Below are positions 57,329 through 64,000 of a stretch of DNA of 64,000 nt, piece by piece. Source of the DNA: a virus; IMG/VR virus record IMGVR_UViG_3300044274_000334; one strand, given 5' to 3'. The translations under genes were made by a program, and so were the position numbers. How positions within the stretch are numbered: the stretch's first letter is position 1; each line of letters opens with the position of its first letter. The notes below the pieces were generated by a model. It did no database searches. It was given only the letters and a program-made list of their open reading frames with translations, and had not been told where the DNA came from.

Positions 57329-57352
57329 GACCCGCCTTTGAGCGGGTCTTTT
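57329..57352 (+). terminator. Intrinsic terminator
   Basis: GACCCGC-CTTTGA-GCGGGTC-TTTT. Confidence 0.75.
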
Positions 57353-57370
57353 CATATGGAGACACCTTCA

Positions 57371-58531
57371 ATGAACGCACCTGTCACCATCGAAAGTCAC
57401 CTCGTCCGCGTCGAAGCTGCGGATCTCTTGTCGCGGATGACCGCGGCACTTCGGACAGTAGAGACGAAAAGTCCTGTCCCTATTCTCACCACCGCTCTGA
57501 TGCGCGTGGACAAGGGCAGCTTAGAAATTGTCACAACCGACCTGGACCAGATCTACAAGGCGCGGATTGATGCTGAGGCATCGAGCAAGTTCGAGTTCAC
57601 CGTCCACATTGATCGTCTGCTGAGGATCCTCCGCAAGTGCGACAAAGGCTCCCTGATTGATATCGAACTCGGTGAAAACGGAAACGTGCGCGTACAGTCG
57701 GGAACCTTACGCATGAACTTTGGCGGGCAGCTTCCCGCCACGGACTTCCCAACTACTGACGACATCGGCGGCGATGCAAGGCTCGGCCCCACGCAGTTCA
57801 TGGTACCCGTCCCTGACCTGCAGCGCATTCTCAAGAAGACGAGTTCGTGCGTCAGCAAAGAAGAAACCCGGTACTACCTGAATGGGGTTTTCATCCATGT
57901 GCCGGAAGGACAGACAGCCATCGCGTTCGTCGCGACCGACGGTCACCGTCTCTGCCGTGTCAATCTTCCGTTGGAGGGCGAACTCGATGAGGCTCGTGCT
58001 GAAGGATACATCGTTCCCCGGAAAGCGATCGCTGAACTTCTCAACCTGCTGAAGAAGCGGCCGGATACCGATGCGGTGCACGTCAGGCTCTCGAACTCTG
58101 GTGCCGCGTTCTTCTTCAGTGATGGACAGGAGCTTGTCACCAAGCTCGTCGACGGCACCTTTCCTGACTACACCCGCGTACTTGCACCGGTCACCTACGA
58201 AGGACCGACAGCGGATCCGACAGATGTTTCCCGGGCAATACGCTTGGTCTCACTGATCGCAGACAAGAAGGGACACAAGGTCAGCCTTGAGGCCAATGAT
58301 GACGGTGTGAACGTGTTGTGCGCCTCCGGTACAGACACTGCGGTGCAGCCGGTCTCCGCATCCGGGGGCGTCGGGAAGGAGTATTGCTTCAACGGCGACT
58401 ACATGACGTCGATCCTGCAGAACATCGAAGGTCAGGTGACGCTCGATGCCCCGAACTTGACCAGCCCCATCGCAATCACGGACAGCGAAGATGAAGACGC
58501 GCTGTTCGTCTTGATGCCGGTTAAGAAGTAG
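57371..58531 (+). CDS. dnaN: Phage-encoded DNA polymerase III beta sliding clamp homolog
   Basis: PVPILT, TTDLD, ETRYYLNGV, VATDGHRL, LVDGTFPDY, FNGDY, LMPV. Confidence 0.92.
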   Translation: MNAPVTIESHLVRVEAADLLSRMTAALRTVETKSPVPILTTALMRVDKGSLEIVTTDLDQIYKARIDAEASSKFEFTVHIDRLLRILRKCDKGSLIDIELGENGNVRVQSGTLRMNFGGQLPATDFPTTDDIGGDARLGPTQFMVPVPDLQRILKKTSSCVSKEETRYYLNGVFIHVPEGQTAIAFVATDGHRLCRVNLPLEGELDEARAEGYIVPRKAIAELLNLLKKRPDTDAVHVRLSNSGAAFFFSDGQELVTKLVDGTFPDYTRVLAPVTYEGPTADPTDVSRAIRLVSLIADKKGHKVSLEANDDGVNVLCASGTDTAVQPVSASGGVGKEYCFNGDYMTSILQNIEGQVTLDAPNLTSPIAITDSEDEDALFVLMPVKK

Positions 58532-58534
58532 GGA

Positions 58535-58903
58535 CTACCCCTTCTTCTTAACCAGGTCCGCAATGTCCTGGCCGTACGGACCATAGTCTTTGTAGATGTC
58601 AGAGCAGAAGGCGGAACGGTCTCCCTGAGCCTTCGCATCCCACTCATCCATGATGCTGAAATACTTCTCACGGACCGGCGACTCGTTCGGGTCGACGCCC
58701 GTCTTCAGCTCGACGACATCCCAAACCAGATCCAACGTGTTGAACTGCGGGACGACTTCGGCCTTGCAGTATTCGCTCGAGAGCGTCACCCGGGCGAGAG
58801 CGCTGAGGATTTGATCCTCTTCAAATTTCACAATCGATGTCGCTGACGCTTGTCCCGCAACGAATGCGGACGCGAAGAGCACGGCGAAAGCAAACTTCTT
58901 CAT
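58535..58903 (-). CDS. Secreted protein inverted within the early operon
   Basis: MKKFAFAVLFASAFVAGQASA signal peptide, two Cys, GAGGGA RBS. Confidence 0.75.
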   Translation of the reverse strand: MKKFAFAVLFASAFVAGQASATSIVKFEEDQILSALARVTLSSEYCKAEVVPQFNTLDLVWDVVELKTGVDPNESPVREKYFSIMDEWDAKAQGDRSAFCSDIYKDYGPYGQDIADLVKKKG

Positions 58904-58976
58904 CAAAAATCCCTCACTCAACATGGTTCATGTCTGTCCGACAGGTGCCGTGTTGTCAACCAACAGGTGTGCAATC

Positions 58977-60782
58977 ATGAATGCTATCGTCCCTCGCAAG
59001 ACAGTAGAAATGGTGGTCGCTGCTCGTGATCAGGCCATCCAGCTCTACGAGGCTGCCTTTGAACGGGTTGCGGAGGCCGATGAGGCTCTGAAGCAAGCCC
59101 GCCTTATGTGGAAGGAGGCGGCGCCCTCCTTCGAGGGGCGCTACTACGATGCCGGCGAAGAAACCAAGGCCTTCTTCAAAGTTGTCGCGATGCCAGATCG
59201 CGATCAGTACCTCGCGACAGCGCGCCGCTTGATCGACGTCACGGTCTGGCAACATGTCGTCGAGGTCAGCGGAATTGAGGACCTGATGGACAAGACGGAG
59301 AAAGACAAGCTCCGGACGCAAATGCAATACCGGTCCCCGCGGTTCAAGACCGCCAACAAGTTCCTCGAGGACCTGGAATGGTGCCTGAACTACACGAAGG
59401 AACACATTGACGGAGACGACCCCTACTACGGCGTGCGCTGCTTCACCAAACATGTCGCTGAGGTGAAGGAAGATCCCGAGACGGTTGAAGCGTTGGGCAA
59501 CGACGGGATCGAGAAGGCAAAGCAGATCGCCAACGACCTGGTCGCCGCTGCTTCCACGATAAATGGGCACAGCCACTTCGTTGAGAGCCTGACGGTCTCC
59601 GTCGAAGTACTCCACACCGCTCTGACCAATCCTCTCGGATTGCCGCCTGTCACCGTTGAAAACATCATGGCGACATTGAACGGGCTACTTGGCCAATCCA
59701 ACGAGATCTTCCTGCGCGGCGTAGCCACGTCCTTCGCGTCTCTGGACCGGCGCTTCCGTTCTCATGACGGTTTCAAGATCGGGTCCCGTGTCATCATCGA
59801 CCGCCTCTGCGACCATTACGGAACAATCAGCTACGGCAGGAGAGAGGACACCTTCGTGGACATCGAGCGCATCTTCAAGGTCCTCGATGGCGGAAAGCCT
59901 GGCGCGCTTTACGGGAGCATCCTCCATCAGATCCGGCAGGACCGTGGCTGGGGTGCATCCCAGACGGAACACGAGAGCGACTTTTTCAAGGTCAGGATAT
60001 TCAAGAACGGAAACGCACACTTGTGGTTCACCCGCAAGGACCTTGTCGAGAAGGTGAACAAGTGCCTGGCTGAGTATTACGGCGAGGTCGTCGGCGACGG
60101 GATGACGAAGGAGGAAGATCCCCTCAACAATCCGAAGACCACCCCTGCCCGCTACTACGGTTTCTTTCCGACCCCGGAAGACGCGGCTTCGACCACCATT
60201 GAGGAAGCACAGCTGGCTATCGCCAACGACGCTGCACCTTTGAGGATCCTCGAGCCGTCGGCCGGCACGGGCAACCTCGCACGACCGGCAGCAGCGGAGA
60301 GGATCCATCGGATCCCGCGGTTGGTCCCTATTGACAACGGTAGACAGCGGTACGATTACGACGAGGTGCCCTATCAACACATCGTTGACTGCATCGAGCT
60401 GCAACCTCACCTCGCCAACGCCCTCGAAGCAGACGACCGCTTCAACCGCGTTATGTGTGCCGACTTCCTGTCCGTAGCACCCGACCCGATCTACGACCGG
60501 GTCATAATGAACCCGCCTTTCGATCGAGAGCGCGACATCGACCACGTGGTGCACGCTCTCAAGTTTCTGAAACCCGACGGGCGTCTCGTGGCGATCATGT
60601 CTGCCGGTACCGAGTTCCGCGAAACCAAGAAAGCCCAGGCATTCAGAAAGCTCGTCATCGACACCCTCGGTGGCGCGTTCAAAGACCTGCCGGCAAATAG
60701 CTTCAGCTCCGTTGGAACCAACGTGAACACGGTCGTTCTGCGGGTGAACAACAACGGCAGCAAGGTCTCGAGATACTTCTGA
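58977..60782 (+). CDS. DUF4942 domain plus amino-methyltransferase
   Basis: HDGFKIGSRVI, FKNGNAHLWF, FFPTP, LEPSAGTGNL, NPPF. Confidence 0.85.
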   Translation: MNAIVPRKTVEMVVAARDQAIQLYEAAFERVAEADEALKQARLMWKEAAPSFEGRYYDAGEETKAFFKVVAMPDRDQYLATARRLIDVTVWQHVVEVSGIEDLMDKTEKDKLRTQMQYRSPRFKTANKFLEDLEWCLNYTKEHIDGDDPYYGVRCFTKHVAEVKEDPETVEALGNDGIEKAKQIANDLVAAASTINGHSHFVESLTVSVEVLHTALTNPLGLPPVTVENIMATLNGLLGQSNEIFLRGVATSFASLDRRFRSHDGFKIGSRVIIDRLCDHYGTISYGRREDTFVDIERIFKVLDGGKPGALYGSILHQIRQDRGWGASQTEHESDFFKVRIFKNGNAHLWFTRKDLVEKVNKCLAEYYGEVVGDGMTKEEDPLNNPKTTPARYYGFFPTPEDAASTTIEEAQLAIANDAAPLRILEPSAGTGNLARPAAAERIHRIPRLVPIDNGRQRYDYDEVPYQHIVDCIELQPHLANALEADDRFNRVMCADFLSVAPDPIYDRVIMNPPFDRERDIDHVVHALKFLKPDGRLVAIMSAGTEFRETKKAQAFRKLVIDTLGGAFKDLPANSFSSVGTNVNTVVLRVNNNGSKVSRYF

Positions 60783-60799
60783 CAGGAGAACCGATCGTC

Positions 60800-61015
60800 A
60801 TGTCTGACGCTTCTCAACCCGACATAGATCTTGATGCACCACCCGAGGTGCCCGTTCGAACGCTCCTGAAACAAGCGGAGGCCCACTTACACATGGTCGT
60901 GGCATACGGCCTGGACGCAATAACCGACAAGATAGACCGCGACCACATCAGGGATGCACACAATCTTCTGAAGACTTCGCTTGGCTACCGAAATGAAGGA
61001 CCTTCGCATGACTGA
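60800..61015 (+). CDS. Hypothetical protein
   Basis: AGGAG RBS. Confidence 0.7.
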   Translation: MSDASQPDIDLDAPPEVPVRTLLKQAEAHLHMVVAYGLDAITDKIDRDHIRDAHNLLKTSLGYRNEGPSHD

Positions 61016-61208
61016 GCACCCTCATGACAGACTGAACGCAGCTCCAATCGGTACTCGTGCGCCAGCGTTCACGGGAGGCTTCTGGATTAAGGTTGCCAGG
61101 ATCGACGGCTCGACCGGTTGGAAGTGGGGGGATTACGGAAGCACGTTTCCTCGCCCCGGAGGGGACTGGACCGGGAAGCTCATCCCCCCTTCAGAAAATG
61201 AAAAATAA
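61008..61208 (+). CDS. Hypothetical protein
   Basis: AAGGA RBS, overlaps previous stop. Confidence 0.6.
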   Translation: MTEHPHDRLNAAPIGTRAPAFTGGFWIKVARIDGSTGWKWGDYGSTFPRPGGDWTGKLIPPSENEK

Positions 61209-61224
61209 CTTGAGGTGCCTGGCA

Positions 61225-61719
61225 ATGTTTGCAGCCTATAGAACACGCAAGATCTTCCGGTCTGGTGGCCTCACCTACGAACAAGCGGAAGTTATTAGAA
61301 AGCGAAAGAGTATGGAGATGGTGAACTATCTTCGCGCTCGCCGATCGATCTCTCGCCCTGAGCCGAGCACGTTCAAGAACTACGCGTTGGAAAACAAGAG
61401 GTTCGCTAGACGAGAATTCCTGCGAACCAGACGACGTGAACGATACGAGTCGACAGAACTTCGCCAACAACTCGAGGCAGCAGAAGCAAACGTTGACAAC
61501 ATTCGGCGTCAAATCGCCTCCGCCTCGTGTCTTGCAGTCGGCCACGACTGGAAGCACATCGGCGGCTGCAACGCAGGCTGTCAGCTGGACAAAGATTGTT
61601 GCTGTTCGGTTCCGGTCCACCAGTGTACGAAATGCGGTGACTGTGACTACGGTGACACCCCGGAAGCAGACGAGAAACGGGCACACTGTAACAATGGTGA
61701 AAGCCCCGACGGCCTTTAA
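61225..61719 (+). CDS. Basic coiled-coil plus Cys-rich hypothetical protein
   Basis: CLAVGHDW...CCCSVPVHQCTKCGDCDYG. Confidence 0.65.
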   Translation: MFAAYRTRKIFRSGGLTYEQAEVIRKRKSMEMVNYLRARRSISRPEPSTFKNYALENKRFARREFLRTRRRERYESTELRQQLEAAEANVDNIRRQIASASCLAVGHDWKHIGGCNAGCQLDKDCCCSVPVHQCTKCGDCDYGDTPEADEKRAHCNNGESPDGL

Positions 61720-61743
61720 ACGAAACGAACCATTCATGGACAC

Positions 61744-61992
61744 ATGAAAGCGATATCGATCTCGACGCTGCAGGAAATCAAGGATCATGGGCACCAGTTG
61801 TCGATCTCGTGCAACCGCCCATGGTGCAACAACTACAGCTACCTTGACCTCGAGAAACTTATCGAAAAGTTCGGGCCCGACTACCATGCGACCGGCAACC
61901 CTGACTTTGTCCGTCGATACATCTGCTCAAGATGCGGCAGCAAGAACGTCCAGCTCACTGTCCATGCGCCATGGCAGCGAAAACTCGACTGA
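61744..61992 (+). CDS. Zn-finger hypothetical protein
   Basis: CNRPWC...CSRCGSK. Confidence 0.75.
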   Translation: MKAISISTLQEIKDHGHQLSISCNRPWCNNYSYLDLEKLIEKFGPDYHATGNPDFVRRYICSRCGSKNVQLTVHAPWQRKLD

Positions 61993-62018
61993 TACCTGAC
62001 CTCGGAGACAACTCCCAT

Positions 62019-62291
62019 ATGAACGAAACCAGACGACACAAGGCCCCAACCTTCCGGCTGTGGGCCCTGCGCATGGGGTTCGACGCCCCGACATTGAAAC
62101 GTGCCGGCGATCTGCTCGGCATGAAATCCCGGTTGGTAGCCTCTCGCTCGTTCAGTGGAGCGAGAGACGTGACCAAGACAGAGCTGCTCGCTATGTCCGC
62201 AGTGCGAGCGGGTCTGAAGCCTTGGAGCCTGGACTACGACGACGAGCTGCTGAAGGTTCGCGAGCAGGTTGCTCCATCCAACGGCGGCTGA
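62019..62291 (+). CDS. Small HTH-like protein
   Basis: FRLWALRMG..AGDLLG..ELLAMSAVRAGL; GGAGA RBS. Confidence 0.6.
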   Translation: MNETRRHKAPTFRLWALRMGFDAPTLKRAGDLLGMKSRLVASRSFSGARDVTKTELLAMSAVRAGLKPWSLDYDDELLKVREQVAPSNGG

Positions 62292-62943
62292 AATCCTCTT
62301 CCATGATGTAGCCGAGTTCAGCCGCAATCGCATCCAAGCCGAATCGTAGAGCGAGGAGAGTTTCTTCTCGCTTCGATTTGCGATCCTTGTCCTCGATGTC
62401 GAACCATTCGTCCTTGCAGACAACCGCTTCAACAAAACCGAACACCCATGATGCCGGCATGGCCGTGCGAACACGCCCGATGATCTTGATGCAGTCGAGC
62501 TGAAAGCTCCTGATATCTGCAGGTCCGAAGCCGCCGCCCCCGGTCCCTTCCCAAGACGGTGACTTGAGCGCCTTGACCTGGGCGCCGTCGATCAAGTCGC
62601 GAAACCTGATGGCTGTGTGGTAGCGAGCACCCGCTGCCCCTTCCTCATCGCCCTCACCTTCGAGTTCGCCGCGGGAAACCAGGTACTCGAGCGGGCTCGA
62701 AGTCACGTTCAGAACCAGTGCACCGCCGTCGTTGAGCAGGAACGATCGGCCCAATCCAAACGTCGGGCTTGAGCCGTCCGCCTCGACGAACGAGCGCTCA
62801 ATCGCGGCGTACATCTTAGTCCTGAGGATTTCACGATCAGGTTCTCGGCCATAGAAAGCGATTAAAGGCAGAGAGCTGATGCTCTCCACCTTCCTCTTTC
62901 GTACCTGCGCGAGGCGCTGCTTGAGACTTTTTCCTGTCGACAA
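62191..62943 (-). CDS. DUF6456/GafZ-like putative late transcription regulator
   Basis: NVTSSPLEYLVSRG, RFRDLIDGA...SPSW, VEAVVC, LRFGLDAIAAELGY. Confidence 0.5.
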   Translation of the reverse strand: MSTGKSLKQRLAQVRKRKVESISSLPLIAFYGREPDREILRTKMYAAIERSFVEADGSSPTFGLGRSFLLNDGGALVLNVTSSPLEYLVSRGELEGEGDEEGAAGARYHTAIRFRDLIDGAQVKALKSPSWEGTGGGGFGPADIRSFQLDCIKIIGRVRTAMPASWVFGFVEAVVCKDEWFDIEDKDRKSKREETLLALRFGLDAIAAELGYIMEEDFSRRWMEQPAREPSAARRRSPGSKASDPLALRT

Positions 62944-62945
62944 TT

Positions 62946-63251
62946 CTACCCCCTTTTCTGCGCCTTCCTGAGCGGTACGATTGTGGTGGGGACGTTGACC
63001 AATCGCCCCCCATCTATCGGCTTCCCATCTTCCCCGGTCCGCATCGAGAGCAGATCATTCAACGCCGCCTGCCGCTCTGCGTCCGACATCGCCGATCTAT
63101 TTGGGTAGGGAGAGCGGTTTACCAGACCGGCGACCTGCTTTCGCCTGATCCCCAGAGAGACTGCGATGCTCTTCTCTGAGAAGCCGACGACCCACATCAC
63201 CCAAGCGATGTACCTTTCCGCCTCGGTGTATGTTTTGTTTCGCACCGCCAC
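62946..63251 (-). CDS. Small HTH protein
   Basis: GFSEKSIAVSLGIRRKQVAGLV. Confidence 0.65.
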   Translation of the reverse strand: MAVRNKTYTEAERYIAWVMWVVGFSEKSIAVSLGIRRKQVAGLVNRSPYPNRSAMSDAERQAALNDLLSMRTGEDGKPIDGGRLVNVPTTIVPLRKAQKRG

Positions 63252-63522
63252 TTGTCTCGTCCTTCTTTTTGAAAAGTTCTTCGGCCTGTTTCCTGGCTGT
63301 TCCGACTACCTCACCGTCTCTGACAAGGTGTCCGTTGATGTAGCTGAGCAGATGTCGCGTTGCCGTCTGGAACGCGGTGAACTCGCTGTCGAACAGGACC
63401 GGCTTCCCTCGCTTGCCGAGGATCGGCTTGAGGCCGCCGTCTCTGTCGAGTCTCAGGTAACCGATGTATCCTCCGACGACCGGGAGCACCTGAATGTCGT
63501 ATTTGTTCAGATCCATGGTCAC
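63097..63522 (-). CDS. Hypothetical protein (3' end overlaps the HTH gene)
   Basis: Coupled to the DnaB stop. Confidence 0.55.
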   Translation of the reverse strand: MTMDLNKYDIQVLPVVGGYIGYLRLDRDGGLKPILGKRGKPVLFDSEFTAFQTATRHLLSYINGHLVRDGEVVGTARKQAEELFKKKDETSGGAKQNIHRGGKVHRLGDVGRRLLREEHRSLSGDQAKAGRRSGKPLSLPK

Positions 63523-64000
63523 ACCGGCAGCATTTGTTGATCGGCTTCAGTGGGGAGGTCATTCACACGGGTGTTTGCCCCGTCCCAATTGAAGATTCTG
63601 AAGTCTCTGGGATCACCAAAGCGGTCTTTGAGTTTGTAAATTTCGATTGTGCCTTTGGCTTCTCGTACCTTGTCTTCCCATTCTACTTTCGGCTTTGCAT
63701 TCCGGGTCACTGGCGGATTTCGTACTAGCCAGGCGTGCCGGTTGAAGTTTGCCAACATCAGGTCAGCGTGCTCTTCCAGCGAGCCACCGAAGAAGTCTTC
63801 CATCTCAGGCTCTGGGCTCTCTTCACGTTGCCTGCCAGCTTTCGTGAGCTGACAAAGCACAATGAATACGGCATCAAGAGACTTGGCTAATTCTTTGAGA
63901 TCTCTCGCATTTTCGTAGGCCGCTTTCACGGGATCCATGTACCCCTTCTCGTTTCGACCGAGAAGTTTCAGATGGTCGACAATGAACAGCTTGGTGCCGT
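63519..64000 (-). CDS. dnaB: DnaB-like replicative helicase, C-terminal part (runs off right edge)
   Basis: LFIVDHLKLL, LKELAKSL, LCQLTK, GSLEEHAD, KDRFG. Confidence 0.88.
   Translation of the reverse strand, partial: GTKLFIVDHLKLLGRNEKGYMDPVKAAYENARDLKELAKSLDAVFIVLCQLTKAGRQREESPEPEMEDFFGGSLEEHADLMLANFNRHAWLVRNPPVTRNAKPKVEWEDKVREAKGTIEIYKLKDRFGDPRDFRIFNWDGANTRVNDLPTEADQQMLPV

Larger units (their letters stand above)
9645..64000. mobile_element. Temperate prophage (lambda-like head/packaging, P2-like contractile tail); right end outside window
   Basis: Integrase, full lysis/tail/head/terminase set, early operon and DnaB; no disrupted structural gene seen. Confidence 0.95.

Noticed and set aside
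57167-57370. 68-aa N-terminal extension of the beta-clamp
   Set aside because: A terminator and RBS lie inside it; ATG 57371 gives a normal-length clamp. The upstream frame may be a gene remnant

Overview
Probably an alphaproteobacterial chromosome segment (inferred from the gene families and the tRNA-Leu 3'-end match) made of two stacked mobile elements. (1) 1-~9660: right end of an island with defence-like cargo: UPF1/DNA2-type SF1 helicase, proteasome-beta-like Ntn peptidase, ankyrin-like protein, candidate orphan oriT, and a large serine recombinase broken by one in-frame TAG. (2) ~9645 to beyond 64000: a temperate prophage, apparently integrated at a tRNA-Leu 3' end. Order: P4-type tyrosine integrase; morons (DUF262-Schlafen fusion, Xre-TetR regulator); leftward late operon (lysis, P2-like contractile tail with -1 frameshifted chaperone, lambda-like portal/terminase, protease-capsid fusion, Acb2-like protein); cos-like site; ~1.6 kb non-coding region (GGCA/TGCC motif array, divergent control region, ~650-nt hairpin-rich leader); 18-kb rightward early operon (MoxR AAA plus peptidase-vWA, SGNH hydrolase, beta-clamp, DUF4942 methyltransferase, many unknowns) interrupted by intrinsic terminators; and a convergent leftward module (GafZ/DUF6456-like regulator, HTH, DnaB). 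Most promising undescribed signals: the structured leader and motif array at the predicted first-injected end together with the terminator-punctuated operons, the Ntn peptidase, and the DUF262-Schlafen moron. All family assignments come from motif recognition by eye; no database search was run.
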